Source: Eledone cirrhosa (taxonomy: Eukaryota). Taken from it: a stretch of 64,000 nucleotides of DNA. Where the stretch lies: the NCBI GenBank assembly GCA_964016885.1, contig OZ024742.1, positions 243,660,001 to 243,724,000 of the forward strand, in the 5' to 3' direction. The translations under genes were made by a program, and so were the position numbers. How positions within the stretch are numbered: the stretch's first letter is position 1; each line of letters starts with the position of its first letter. Positions 24,501-39,169 of this stretch are shown in pieces. Below the pieces are notes generated by a model that worked only from the letters and a program-made list of their open reading frames with translations, was not told the DNA's origin and did not search any database.

Positions 24501-25205
24501 TTTGACCAAACTTTCAAGTTTATTATAAATTAAGTCCTCATTTGCAGGGACAATGAAAATTTAAATGAAAGACGGACTAACGTTAAGACTGTATATTAAC
24601 TTGAGGATTGACAAATAATTCTTTTTAAAAAAATATATATATTGATATAGTTAAGTAACTCATGTTGAGTTGTAGAAACCTAGAGTTGTCTCCCTTTATC
24701 AGCAAAAACCATTAACAAATACAAATAGTTTTTATTTGTGATGAGAAAAGGTTCGCAAAGAAACAGCATGTCAATGATGTAAACTATATTCTACATCACT
24801 AACATGTATAGTGTATATTAATTTTTGCTGATTTTCTGTATGAGGAATATTTCATATAGAAATTTATTTCAAAATTGTGTTATTAACTAATCGAAAATAA
24901 TCTTATGTGTCCACTTATTTTTATTTATTTATTAAATATGTTGATAAAAGAAATCATTAGTATTTTTGATATGTTGATAAAAGAAGTCATTAGTATTTTT
25001 GTGTGTGTGTGCGTAGGTGCGTGTGTGTGTGTGAAGTCGGTGATGGCAAAATGGAATAAGCGAGGGTCAAATAATTTGCGGTTAAGAGTTACGCCCCTTT
25101 ACGTTCTAACCCCAAATCCTACCGGAATTGAATTAAATCGATTAAATAAATACGAATCAAGAATTAAGCTAATTTCAACGACTAATTTCATCACCACCTG
25201 GCGGT

Positions 25206-25298
25206 GTCCAGCAGAAGCAAGGGGGTCAATCGTCGATGCATTTCGAACTGAACTGGTTCTCATCAAGACTGTCCCTTCCTCTATTGCAACTGCTGGAC
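25206..25298 (-). ncRNA. Minimal hammerhead motif (core 25232-25269) inside a long closing stem
   Basis: gtc-TTGATGA-GAACcagttcaGTTC-GAA-ATGCAT-C-gac, enclosed by gtccagcag/ctgctggac. Confidence 0.6.
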
Positions 25299-25380
25299 TT
25301 TGAAAACAGGCGAGAATATATAGTTTTCTCGTCTGTGTAAATGAGGTGATTAATCTCATTTACATATGAAGCTGTTATAT

Positions 25381-25422
<42 letters not shown>

Positions 25423-25448
25423 GTATGAAGCTGTTATATACACACACA

Positions 25449-25601
<153 letters not shown>

Positions 25602-25613
25602 TATATATAATAA

Positions 25614-27997
25614 ATATATTTATTAAAATAACAGATTAAAGTTTAAGCAAAGAATCGCTGTTTCACCCTTAACGGGATCTTCTGAAACTAACAAAGTCAA
25701 TCTGTAAACGCAGAAGTGGATATTTAAAAAAACGTTGCAACCGGGGGAAGACAGGAAGACGATACTTTGCTTCATGGTGACGTTCGCTGGCAAAGAACGG
25801 GAACAAACGAATAATACGTCATTAATAGGAACGTTGAAAAACGCGCAAAGACAGAACCACGTTTATGGTATAAAAGAGGTCGTAGACTAATGTTCTCTAA
25901 GTGGTGCATAGAGACGTTCTCTGGTAATGAACGAAAAAACGAAGATAATAAGTCATATGTGGAGCATGGAGAACAATAGCACGCAAAGACAAAACCACGT
26001 AAATGGTATAGCAGAAGTTGTAGACTAAAATTCTAACTAGGAGACCGAATGAATCTCCGCTACAGAGTTAAGAACAAAGTAAATAAATACAATACTGAAG
26101 TAATAGAAACAAATAAATACATACGCGCAAACAGATACGTACATACACAAGCATACGCAAAACCTTACCATAGGTATACAAAACCACGCACATATAAATA
26201 TGTGTATGTGTGTATGCTTGTGTACAAATAAATAAATAATTATATAAACGTATATAAGTAAATAAATACGTATATAACAAGCGCACACACATACCTACAA
26301 ATAAATACACGAAGGTTCGGAGACGTAAGTCAACTAAAACAAGAAGTACACATATACACACACCCACCATACGTACGAACCTGCATACTCACGCAGACGC
26401 AAAACTCCCATATACACATAACCAAACCCTAAATACCAGAATATGTAAAAATTATACGCCGTAACAGTCAAATATACGTACGAGAAGGTATACATACCTT
26501 CACAAAACATACGGGTAATATATACTTACCTATGCAAATAAGTAAAGGAATAAACAAAACATATACTTAGCTCCCACATCAAGACGTAAAATATCCACGT
26601 ATAGATCGTGCTATCCGTTAGGGTATAACGTGGGGCTGTAATACAGGAAAGTTTTGTGCAATTTATGTTTACAAGCCGAAATTGCCTCAGATTTTTTGTT
26701 TAAGATGTGGTCTGTGGCGTAGAGTATTTCCAGGGCCTCAGCGGCGCAGAGGTCACATGGTCTATTATTTCCGTTATACGATCTAGCCCTAGCTAGAATC
26801 TCCCAGTGTAACTTATATTGGGTGTGGTTGTCTTTTAGACTCCAGATATAAGCTGAAAGTGACGTCATATTCCTTCTTAGAGGGTAACGAAAAGAATGGG
26901 TATGCATGTAAAGACGCTGCTTGAAACTATTGGCGGTTAACCCTATGTAGGCCCTACGGGACGTGGGTGTTACAACCTTACATTTGTAGACAATGTTACT
27001 AGAGAGGCATTTCCCGGATAGGGGACAATCAGCCCGATTCCTACAATTACAGTTAGTACTAACTACAGGGTTGCACGTGTTCCTACGGCTAGGTAGTTTA
27101 GCTAAATTTGAAGCTGTGATGTTATGTGCAAGGTTAGGAGTCGTAGAGTAAGAAATTTTAATAGTGTTTCTATTAAAAATTTTACTATATTTATGTGTAG
27201 GGGGAAAATGCTTCGTAATAAGGGAAAGAAAGATCTTAGCTAATGGTGTGGCCACCTCCATATTATATGGTGGGTTAAACCAACAAATGCGACGGGATCT
27301 ATTTCTTCTAGGTCTATTCTCGTACTCTGTATATGCTACCCTATCGACAAATCCACTTCGAGCAAGAGCTTCATTGTAATAAGTGGAATGGTCGTTGAAA
27401 ATGCGCTCGTTGGTGGAAAGACGGGAAAGCCTCAACGAAACGTTTTTTACCAGGTTCTTGGTTATGCTGGCAGGATGGTTGGAATGCTTACTTATGTAAT
27501 TAAGCGTATCATTCGGCTTTCTATACGGGTAATACAACCCATTCAATAAATTGAGGGTAACGTCGAGGTAATTAACGACCGAGAGATTGGCCTCAACCTG
27601 TATAGAGAGGTTGAAGCCTTTAAAGAAGGCTGTGAGTTCTTTTCTGAATCTGTCGCAAGCACGAGGTCCGCACTTAGTCATGGTCAAAAGACCATCGTCA
27701 CGGTACAAACCACCGCCCGCGTTGGGGAATTCGTCCTTGATAGAGAAAAGAAGGAAAAGGCCAATAAGATCAGTAACCTCCGCAGAGTCACTGGGGCCCA
27801 TACTCACGTCGAATGGGGTACTATTGGATTTTTTAATCCAAATAGAGTCGTCGAAATTAATCACCGACTTTCGGGCATTAAGGATGACATCAACTTCGAA
27901 ATCCTTAACCACTGTGAGTGCTTTAGCGAAATTGATAGCTCTAAGGAGAAGTGGTAAAGTGATGGAGGAGTAGTAATTGTTGATGTCGAATTGGATA
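25614..27997 (-). mobile_element. 5'-truncated Naiad-type Penelope-like element; ORF open from RT to the GIY-YIG end (26611-27997)
   Basis: IQFDINNYYSSI...YRDDGL...CNCRNRADC...YIGLT, uninterrupted; pLTR 25614-26610; (TA)n flanks. Confidence 0.93.
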
Positions 27998-28264
27998 ATA
28001 TATATATATAGTTTTCTCGCCTGTGTAAATGAGGTGATTAATCTCATTTGCATATGAAGCTGTTATATACACACACACACACATATATATATATAATATA
28101 TATTATATATATATTATATATATATAATATATATATATTATATATATATAATATATATTATATATATATATTATATATATATTATATATATATATAATAT
28201 ATATATATATAGTTTTCTCGTCTGTGTAAATGAGGTGATTAATCTCATTTGCATATGAAGCTGT

Positions 28265-28334
<70 letters not shown>

Positions 28335-28458
28335 TTTTTTTAAAATCCAAATTCAATAAACAGACCAGGATTTTTTCATTCTGATGATTGAAAGCAAATT
28401 TTTTTGCTTTTAAGAAACCACTGGTAAATGGAATAATTGCCTTATGTTGTTTATTACA

Positions 28459-28618
<160 letters not shown>

Positions 28619-29029
28619 GGGTTCTGCCCCCACGAACCTCCTAGGAATAAGTGGGGTAAGATATTTCACAATAATACTAGAGCGAATGAATGTATAAACC
28701 CATCAAATACATGTTTCCTAGTTGTTTGTATGCGAGGACCCAATTAGGTCCGAAAATCATTTTTTTTTTCAACAATTTACAGGGAAATTCGTATTTTCTG
28801 GTATGTTTACATGTCTAAATATTAAATATGCGTATATTTATACACATTCGTGCAGTTTCGGAATCCGATTCTGTATGTATACAGATATATCTTTATCGTA
28901 CTAACAATTAATTTATTGAATTAAAATAACATTACAAATGCGTAAATAACATTATAAATAACATAACAAATATAAAATCATAAAAAATGATAAAGAAAAG
29001 AAAGAAGAAGAAAAAAAAAGTGTGACAAT

Positions 29030-29390
29030 CGGCAACACCTCACACCCTGGGGGTTAAGTGTACACTTTCAGGCAAGCCAACACGCTCACAACATTACCAC
29101 GGGTGATGACACGGTTAAGGCGCTGAAATAACAAGACACCCCCACGGGTATCACCTGACACCTCAGAGTAAGGTGAGCCGCCTAGACGACAAGAACTTCG
29201 CTGTCAGCGGCCCAACTCCACCGAAAGTCTCGAACGTCACAGGCTGGAAAAAATAATTGTTCGATAAGTCCTGGTTTTCCGAATTTTATTCCGTTCGGAA
29301 GCAGTGGCCTCCACATTCACCGCGGCGTCCATGATGTTGGAGGGGACAAAAGAGTCACTCACTGTGACGTTCCAGATGAGACATCTATCT
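29030..29390 (-). mobile_element. CRE-like LINE restriction-like endonuclease fragment
   Basis: Manual translation CLIWNVTVSDSFVPS...FQPVTFETFGGVGP; homologous to 39231-39674. Confidence 0.75.
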
Positions 29391-29432
29391 ATGAAAAAAA
29401 AAAAAAAACTTTATCATACACTATTTTATTTA

Positions 29433-29620
29433 CCATATTTCCCGGCGTCCGAAGACGCTTCGTCCTCGAGGACGCACCCTAATTTTGATAACCAAATATT
29501 TTTTTTTTTAAATTAATAATAATAAACATAAGAATGCTACCTTTGGCCTCCAGAATGCTTGGTAGGTTTTTTAGACTTATTTTGGAGAAAAAGTAGCGTC
29601 TTCGAGGCCGGGAAATACGG
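29433..29620 (+). mobile_element. Tigger/pogo-like MITE
   Basis: TA|CCATATTTCCCGGCGTCCGAAGACGC ... GCGTCTTCGAGGCCGGGAAATACGG|TA. Confidence 0.85.
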
Positions 29621-30069
29621 TATGTTTGAGAAATGGACAAAAATCCAAACCCCGTTTATAAGCTGAGGCAGCTAATCAACACATTATGGCGCTGTTTTGA
29701 AATTCTCATGAGTGAAGAAAATATATAGTTATATTTTGATATTTTAAATATTTTAAATGTCGCTTAAAGTACAGTTTTTGTTTCACAAATACACAACGTA
29801 GTGACTTTAGGGAGGGGGGGGTAAGGGGACAGCAAATGAGAAAGAGAGGAGAGGCAGAGCGAGAACAAGAGAAGGGAGAGAGGGAGCGCGCGAAATAAAA
29901 CAAAACAAGATTGAAAGAAAAGGTATAATTACGTAAATGACAGAGAAAAACAGTAGGAAATGTAAAAAAACAGTGTTTTAATCTAAACTATATGACATAA
30001 TCATTCCAGATATTTTAGCACCTTATTTCCGTAAAAATTTGAAGTTGATGAAAATTACTAAAATATTGA

Positions 30070-30148
30070 TCCCCGAATATAAGTCGACCCCATTTTACCA
30101 TCGATTTGTGAGTCATATATTCATCGACTTATATCCGAGTATATACGG
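30070..30148 (+). mobile_element. Right end of another Tigger/pogo-like element
   Basis: cgaatataagtcga subterminal motif and tcgacttatatccgagtatatacgg|ta terminus. Confidence 0.65.
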
Positions 30149-30599
30149 TATAGATGTGTGCGCACGCGCGTGTGTATTGACTTTTTTCGGGTAAAATCAA
30201 CCGGCATGGTTAGGGATATAAGCTAAAATTCTGAAGCAAAAAAAGATGAGAGAGAGACATTGTCGCGTCACAGTAGCGACTAATCTATTGGACCAGCAGT
30301 GACCGGAAGCCACTGGCCAAAGCCAAACTGTTACTATCAGAATCAGTGACCAAGAGAGAGAGAGAAAGAGAGAGATGGTGGTACCATCTTTTATACAAAA
30401 AGACGATCTTCTGCCGTGTTAAAATATTGAATTCACAGGTCTAGCATTTAGCTATCAATGTGCTATTTACTATAGTGGTTTGGTGGTGGAGGCAGGTAAA
30501 GTACTTGTAAAGTGTTTTGTTGTGTTGTAAACGTACCAAATACTAATTTTCTCTTATGAACACATATATAGACCAGGTCCAAACACAAAAGAACCAAAC

Positions 30600-30830
30600 T
30601 TCCACTGTCACTCCCCATCTCAAATAGGGGCCCAAGCGCTGGCCGCCCACGCGGGACAGAATAGAGAAAGCGTTTAGCCGGAAGATGGTGAGGGAGACGC
30701 GCTGGAAGTGCCATTCCAGCTCGCGATGCTCACACCACCGGGAAGCCAACTCTGTGCCGATAGTGACACCAAAAGTCTCTACTGCCACGGGTTCGACTGC
30801 AACCACGATTTCGCTACAAAGTTTAATAGT
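30600..30830 (-). mobile_element. CRE-like LINE 3' fragment
   Basis: EPVAVETFG...ELASRWCEHRELEWHFQRVSLTI..NAFSIL, close to the ORF at 39231. Confidence 0.8.
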
Positions 30831-31675
30831 TAAACATCTTTGCCACGTTGCAACATTGTGGAAATATCGAAAGCGATGGATGGGATCGTATGGTGTTATA
30901 ATCTGTAGCTTATTTTGGCGTGGGTGAATATGGACCGTGTAATAGAAAACGTGCAGGCTTAATAAAAAAAATAAATAGCGTGGTCGATATGATCGACTAA
31001 ATCAAGGTGATGCCCCAGCGCAATTATGAGATCCCAGTTTAGATCACACAGCAAAATATGTTTTACCATAGCTTTATGTTGGCCCAAACTTTGTGAGTAG
31101 AATTGGGTACTGTGAGATAGATTGTGTCTGTTATTCAGAGTTTCGGTCTTTCCACACAGTGTCATGCTAATTCGTTAAGGGTACACGTGTCTATGGTATG
31201 GTCATCCACTTACACGTTAAATTCACGAGCAGGCTGTTTATTTGAGCGAAGAACTAGAACAATCCGCGTCGAAAACGACGGAGGTCCATTCCACATCCCC
31301 TGTATAGTCAGTAAACTACATACACACTCGTTAAATTTACAAGTAGATAATTTGGTAGATCGAACAAGTGAATGCTCATCGTTGGGTCCCACGTAGGTCC
31401 ATTCCACATTCAGTCAATAAACTACACACTCGTCAAATTTACGAGTAGATAGTTTCGGTCGCCGTCGAGACCTCAGGCGTACTTGGACCCCATACAGTCT
31501 AGCTCCTCCGCAACACTTGTCAGTGTCCCCTAGGCCCAAAACCCAATCAACCTCCCCCTACATCCCAATCCTCTCTTCTACGACACTTCAGTTCTTGCCA
31601 TCCCCTCCCCTTCCCGTTCTTTTTCTCTTTTTTTCTCTATATTTTCCTATTCTTTTTTTATTATTGTTGTCATTA

Positions 31676-32060
31676 GGGCGGTGGATTGGCAGTATCGGTA
31701 GAGAGTCGGACGCTATGCTATGCAGTATAGAGTTACGGCCCTTTACGGTGTGTTCAAATCCCGCCCGGTTTAGCTTTGCCTTTCATCCTTACGGGGTCGA
31801 TAAAATAAAGTACCAGTCACGCACTGGAGTCGATTTAATCGTCTTCCCCCACTCCACCCCACTCCCCAAGATTGCTGGCCTTGTGCCTATATAAGAAACC
31901 ATTATTATTATTGTAAATAGTTACGTCCCTTTATGGTCTGAGTTCAAATCCCGCCGAGGTTGACTTTGCCTTTCATCCTTACGGGGTCGATAAAATAAAG
32001 TACCAGTAATGTACTAGGTAATTGCTGGCCTTGTGCCTAAAGTAGAAACAATTATTATTG
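31676..32060 (+). mobile_element. Two adjacent SINE family A copies (full and 5'-truncated)
   Basis: Match to 22459-22650. Confidence 0.85.
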
Positions 32061-32481
32061 TAAATAAAAAAATGTTTAGAAGATCGAACAAGTGAATACT
32101 CATCGATAGAACCGACGGAGGATCCATCATCATATAGTTTCAACTGTTACTACTACTACTACTACTTAGTCATTTGACCCTTTTGCTACGAACAGCAAAG
32201 AGTCAAATCAACGTGGAACATTAAAGTCGACAAAACAGCACATTTACGTTTCTACATTTTCAGGGTAACTTTAGTGGGAGCGAGTGAGACAGACACACAG
32301 CTAGCTATTTCTTTCTAGATCAACAAATAAAACGTTTGAGAAAAGTGGGTCATTAGGTCCGCTAACCTGAAGTTGACACCGACTGTGTTGTTTCCACGAA
32401 TTCCTTTCTATTTCACAAGTTGAAAAAAAAAGAAGATATATATACATATATATTCGTGAGTATATATGTATATGTGTGTGA

Positions 32482-32533
<52 letters not shown>

Positions 32534-32594
32534 CTTTTTTTTTTTCATATATATATATTTCTTTATTTTTTTCATATATATGTATGTGTGTGTG

Positions 32595-32618
32595 TGTATG
32601 CCTATATATGTGTGTGTC

Positions 32619-32657
<39 letters not shown>

Positions 32658-32673
32658 TCACACAAATACACAC

Positions 32674-32711
<38 letters not shown>

Positions 32712-32732
32712 GTGTGTATTTGTGTGAGTATA

Positions 32733-32768
<36 letters not shown>

Positions 32769-32812
32769 CTTATATATATATATGCATAGACACACACATA
32801 TATATAGGCAAT
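32595..32812. repeat. AT-rich palindrome centred near 32692
   Basis: actcacacaaatacacacgtg(ta)n cacgtgtgtatttgtgtgagt, plus outer arms gcctatatatgtgtgtgtctatg / catagacacacacatatatataggc. Confidence 0.85.
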
Positions 32813-32870
32813 AACACACACGTATATATATGTGTGTGTGTGTATACATGTGTCTGTGAATTTGTGTGGG

Positions 32871-32918
<48 letters not shown>

Positions 32919-34294
32919 ATATATATATATATACAATATATATATATATACACATATATATGCGCGTATGTTTTTATATATATATATATATATAATATAT
33001 ATTCATACACATACGTATATATACACATACATAGATATATACGGAGGTTAAATTCCGTCGTCGTCCCCATTCCCAGGCCAACGACAGTCAAAACCGTTCT
33101 CCTTTTCCTCTTATAACCTACTGTTCGGGGTAATAACGATTTCTCTCACATAAAATCTCTTGTTCTGTACGTCACACCCCACCACACCATCAGGTTAACC
33201 CCATGATCACAGTCGTGACCATCTCCCATTTTTTTAATTCAAGCATATTAGTTTTTATCTAGGACTACATTATTCAATGGATTTGTGAATTGAGGGAGAT
33301 TTAGTTTAGTTGCTATTTCTAGCAGGTAGGGGGCTGCAAAAGTTCTATTGTTATTTTGCTTAAGTATTTAATTTATAGTTGGAGAACATCTCTCTCTCTC
33401 TCTCTCTCTCTCTCAAATAATTTGACTACAACACAAGAATGTAGACCATAAACTCCAGGGTTACCAGATCAATTTCATAGAAGCTAGCGCATGAGAAGGC
33501 AATGAATTGGCAGAGTCCTTTGAGAGTTGAATTAAATGCTTCAATATTTGTTTCAATTTGAGTTCAAATCTCATTGACATCAACTTTGCTTTTCATTAAT
33601 TTTTGAGGTCGATAAATAAAATACCAATTTAGAAGCTTTTAAGAGCGATCATCACACCTTTAATTAATAAAGGAAATCACAATGTGTCATGCAAATATTT
33701 CATGATTCCAGCAGTCAAAATGAAGATGAGGGGTGACTAAGAGCCAATCCACTTTGTGGGCCTCACTGTTGTAGATGGTCATTTCCATCCCAATGAAAGT
33801 GAGTACAGATGCAGTCCAGGAGCACAGAACACCATGTTTCCTTCATTATGGATTTGACAATAAAAATGAAGAAAAAAACTAACAAAAAGCAACTGCTACT
33901 TTGCAAGCTTATAATTTTCAGTGTGTCAGTCTGGATCTGACACTGAGGTGTCAACAACTCAACCAATTGTTTTACAGCCTTTACTGAAGATTTATAAGTA
34001 AAACAGATAAGACTTTCAAATGTTCAAATCATTCAGTTATTTCTTACATTTACTGGCAGAAGATCACAAATCTATTGGGAAGGGGCCTTAGTCGAGATCA
34101 ACCTGTTTCACTTTAGTTTCAGGTCAATTCTTAGTGAGCAGCCCTATGATGAGAGGTATCTAGCCATGATCACCTTGTCTGTTGGGGGGGGGGGGGGGGG
34201 GGGGGGTCTAAAACCACAATATCTGAAGTGTGTCCCTTACCTTCTTTTAAGGTGAGGAAGTGTGATTTGGGGATATTTGGCTGCAATACTTTAA

Positions 34295-34515
34295 CCCTTA
34301 AGCATTTAAACTGGCTGAATCCAGCCAGAATTCTCTCACCTCTTTCTGTCCAAACCAGCTGTAATTGGTTGCTCATACTGGTGTTAAGGTATTGTTTTCA
34401 AAATAAATAATATCAAAATCTCATAGATTCGATATTATGCAGGATAATTATGTGAGGTAAAGCCTTTACCATGAAAATATAATAGTAAATATAGAGTAAT
34501 GTAAATGCTAAAGTG
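34295..34515 (+). mobile_element. piggyBac-like MITE copy
   Basis: ttaa|cccttaagcatttaaa...gtaaatgctaaag. Confidence 0.8.
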
Positions 34516-34802
34516 TAAGGTAAAATGCATGTTTACTAAAAAAAAACACACACTTGTAAGTTTACCTTACACTTCTATTTATTCCATCCAAGCCACTAAG
34601 AGAGTTTCTGTGTAACACATTTGACCTTCTAGAAATATCAGTCAACTCTCAGAAAAAGAAGGACCATTATATATCTTAAGCCTAGATATAAAAGATAGTA
34701 CCTATAACTTTGCTAAAGTAGGGCTAACCTGAGTCTCAACAACAATGAAAACTTATCCTGTTACTGTGTAATGTTTCTATCAATTAATATGTATGTATGT
34801 AT

Positions 34803-35330
34803 GTTACCGATGATGTTGATCTTTTCTTCTTTTCGGGTTATAGCTACTGTCGCTCAGAGAGTGGGATTGGCTCAGTGCACAGTCTTTCCTCACTTTAAAA
34901 AGAATCTTCACGCACAGGCATTGCACGATGGTATTAATTAATAATGTTTGGCCTTGTGCCAAAAGTAGAAACAATTAATTAATAATGTTATATTTTGCAA
35001 TGGCCATACTCGATAACGAGGGGGCAGCCATCATATGTATGTATGTGTGTATATATGTATGTATGTGTGTGAATATGTATATATATATATATATATGTGT
35101 GTGTGTATGTATGCATGTATCTATGTATGTATGTTCCACAAAAAATTCTTCATTAAGACATCTCTCGAGAAGAAGGTCACTCTGATATAAAACCTGTGAC
35201 TTCGTTTGCATCCAATGATGTAGACCAGTTCTTTTTTGGCCAATGCATTTCATGTTCAGAGAGTGGGATTGGCCCCCGTACAAAGCCTTTCCTCACTTAA
35301 AAAAAGCTTGATATGTGACATTTTTTGATT
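34803..35330 (+). repeat. Two fragments of the dispersed repeat family seen at 53900-54365 and 62155-63312
   Basis: 34803-35035 is nearly identical to 63115-63312 and carries a SINE-A tail inserted with attaattaataatg duplicated. Confidence 0.75.
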
Positions 35331-37627
35331 TTTAAATATAGATATGTTTTGAGTTTGGTGTGCCTTTTGTATGACAAACAGAACTTCATGTGGATAGCAT
35401 TGTAAATGGTTTTGGCAGCTATGTCATGTCTTGTGAGAAAGTGATATTTTACAGAGACTTTTGGTTAGCTGTTGATGTGACATCTTGGTATTTCCTATTG
35501 TTATTACTCCACAGAAACTGCTCGGATGAACTTTCCCTTTTGGTTCTAGAAACTCAGTGTTCTAGAAACTCATCTGGATGCTGTTGTGGTTCTACAAATA
35601 AGGAAGTCTTTCTACAGTCATAGCTTGTTTTTCTCCTTATGACCTGAACTCTTTCAAGTCTAAAGTATATTCATTCTTTTCATCTTAATTTCTCCTTTTT
35701 CATAGTCCCTTACACTAAGTGGCTTCATGCCTTGTTTGGGACTTTCAAAAAAATATCTTTCATCCTGGTATGACAATCTACATTTTCAGTCATATATATT
35801 ATGTATGCAAATGTTTTATCTATAAACTGTTATTCTTAGGAAGATATAGAAGGTAGAATTGGTATTTGTTAACGCTGACGGCGTTGAGATGTGATTGTTT
35901 GTTAGTTGGTTCGTTTTTATTTTTATTTTTATTAGTACTTTTTGTGTTTTCTTGTTTGTTTATTCTGTGTAAGGGACATAACTCTGGGCGTGACTAACAA
36001 TAAGAGGAGAGAATTAAAACAGATAAATGTATTACTCTATGAACTTATAATTTTGAGTTATTTCCCTTAACTCAATTTCGCTTAATATGCAAATTACAAC
36101 AGGCCAAAAACCTTCATATCTTTTTTCCTATATAACAAAACAATGTTTTTTTACCTGTTAAATAATTACATGCTGATGGGGTGTAATAAAACTAAAGTAT
36201 GTCCAGTTTAGTCAATACCTTTTAACAAAGATCAGATTTTCCTAGAAGCATGAGAATTTTTTTTTTTTTTTAAATAATTATTTCTTAACTGCTTTGTTTT
36301 CTTTCTCTAAGAGGAACATTTTAATTCATTAAAAAATCTTTGAGCACGTTACTCATTAGACAAACATCTAGTATGAAATGTCACAGCCATTTCTCCATTG
36401 TGTGAGAATTTCGTTGTTATATTGTAATAGATCTCTTCTGTCAAAAAAATTTCCAACTTCTTCCTCTGGTGAAATTTATCATTTGCAATAAACAGTAGCT
36501 ACAACTTTCCTCACTTGATCATTCATATGAAAATACTGAACATAGTTTAATGAAAATAAAATCCTATTCTTTGTTATTTTTATTATTTAGCCTTTTTTGT
36601 CCATTTTTGTTGCTTCATTTTCTTTTTTATCTTATACCTACAACACTTTATTCAATATTGTACACTCTAATGTGATATATCTGTTGTCATGAATATAATA
36701 TGATAAAATAATATGATAAAATATAATAGATATACCATATGTCATCAATGAGATATCATAATATATAATAAATATAGTATGTCATAAATGAGCTATCTCA
36801 TAACCTATAATTCCGACATAAAACAGGATTTCTTATGTGATGTTTCAACTCTATATCGTAGTTATATGATATATGATAAAAGGGTTCCAACATAAAATAC
36901 ATGTTTCTCTAACCACCCACTTCTACATTCTACCAACACCTACTAAGATATTTTTTTAATTTATTTTGTTATAGGTTTAAATATTTCCCCTTAATTAATC
37001 ATATTATTATTTTGCTTCATCTCATAAGAAATTCTGTTGTTTTTCATTTATTTATTTATTATTCTCTGAAAACTCCAAAATCTTGAGATAAACTAAAAAA
37101 GAATTTTCAAAGCGAATAATTCATAATTTTCACATGCTTTCCACTTTCAGAACTTGCAGAGAAAAAATTATCTATCAATAATCAGGAGGTAATCATCACC
37201 ATCACCACCACCACCACGTGGTGGTGATGATGATGGAGGATTTTCATATGTAAAGTCTTAGCCATAGTTTTGGAAGTATGCGCACAGTTCTTCCACCCAT
37301 ATGTCTGTTCTCAAATGATACTGATTGGCAAATAAATCTAGGTGTTGTGAATATAGTCCAGTGAGTTGCAATCATCTACCTACTAGATTGTTGGTCAAAT
37401 GTAGGGGGCAGAGTACCTTGAAGTTGCTCATTCTGTATCCAGTTGATCTTGAAGGCCATTTTGAGCATCTAAGTTGTTGCAGCCAATGAGGAACTTGGCT
37501 ATGATCTACAAATCTCCTAAAGACATTAATAGTGACAATCTCGTCAAGTGTTAAATATGATATAATAAAAAGATTAAAGTCAGTCATTCTATAGATGTCT
37601 TTACTGAATATTATCAATGATGCCAAC

Positions 37628-37817
37628 GGGCGGTGGATTGGCAGTATAGGTAGAGAGTCGGACGCCATGCTTTCCAGCATAGTTACGTCCCTTTACGATC
37701 TGAGTTCAAATCCCGCCGAGGTTAACTTTGCCTTTCATCCTTACGGGGTCGATAAAATAAAGTACCAGTAATGTACTGGGTAATTGCTGGCCTTGTGCCA
37801 AATGTAGAAACAATTAT
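37628..37817 (+). mobile_element. tRNA-derived SINE family A with TSD
   Basis: Full copy flanked by the direct repeat attatcaatgatgccaac. Confidence 0.9.
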
Positions 37818-39169
37818 CAATGATGCCAACTGTCTGGTTATTGATAATTATCACACATACTTTTGGTAGATAATGTGAAAAATTTATAATGATTTGTTTC
37901 ATGGTAGTTCTCGAAGCTGCTATCTATATAATACAGATTTGTAACATAAGATACAAAAAGGATAATTATATCAAACTAAATTTATTTTAGCGACCCCAGA
38001 AGGATTAATGGCTTAGGTAACCCTCATTCAGAACACAAAAAGATGTAATCAAGTAACCAAACACAACAAAGCAATTCCCTACCTCTCTATTGAATTTGCC
38101 AATCCATAGTCCTTACCATCTTTCTAATAGAGAAATTAGTTAAAATGTTTCCTTACTTGTAACTTATAGATGTAATTTATCTTCAGAATAGAGTAAAAAG
38201 AAACTGAAATACTGTTTATTCCTATAAATGCTTTGCAATGTATGTTCTGCTTCTTTGTGCTCTGAGTTCAAATCCTTCCAAAGTCAACTTTGCCTTTAAT
38301 CCCTTGAAGTCAATAAAATAAAGTAAGAGTCTAAGGCAGTGGATTGACAGAACTGTTAGAGTATTGGATGAGATTATATGAAGTATTTGTTTCAATTGAG
38401 TTCTTGAATGGTAAACTTAATCTATTGCTCAGTTTAACACCACCACTTTGTTGCAAACATTTGAATCAGATCTCTAGCTTGAGGGTAACTCTTTCTCACC
38501 AGTTTCAAATTCCCTGCAAAAGAAAAAGAAAAAAGGAGTAATAGGTACTACCTTTCTTGGACATCCATAATATACTAAATATATAGTTTTATCTCATATG
38601 GTAGGGTACAGAATCATTAAAATATTTGCAACTTCACTAACTCCCAAATACTGTAGTGTTCTATTATTTAAGATGTCTTCTGCTCATCTGAAATCTTTAA
38701 ATCGATCTGCCTCACAACTGAAAAATCAATTTGAATCTAACGTTAGAACATCTTTTTATTAATTAAATATTTTCAGAGTATTACATTTCATCATCATCAT
38801 CATTTAACGTCTATTTTCCATGCTAGCATGGGTTAGACGGGAATTGTCCCACATGACGCAAGATTGGTCGGGTGACCATGTCTTACTCATATAGGACTGT
38901 ATCTGGCAGGTTTTCTACAGCTGGATGCTCTTCCTAACACCAACCATATGTATATATATATATACATATGTATATATACATATAAAAACACATATAGTGT
39001 TATTTTATACCAGGTTAATGTAAAACCCAAAAGGGTATACGAAAAGTTCTTGGTTTACCCTATTTCACCATTTCATTTTCAACACCCCTCAAGGCAAATA
39101 TATGCAAGAGAAGTGCTGCAAAAGTTATGTTGGGAGAAAAGAAGGAAATCAATCAACATATTTTCGTAA

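Noticed and set aside
25100-25120. ttctaaccccaa resembling a telomerase RNA template
   Set aside because: Mismatch to CTAACCCTAA, no pseudoknot or H/ACA features seen, and it lies within a probable pLTR remnant
28380-28396. ctgatgattgaaagc hammerhead-like core
   Set aside because: Only 2 nt between the core halves, so stem II cannot form
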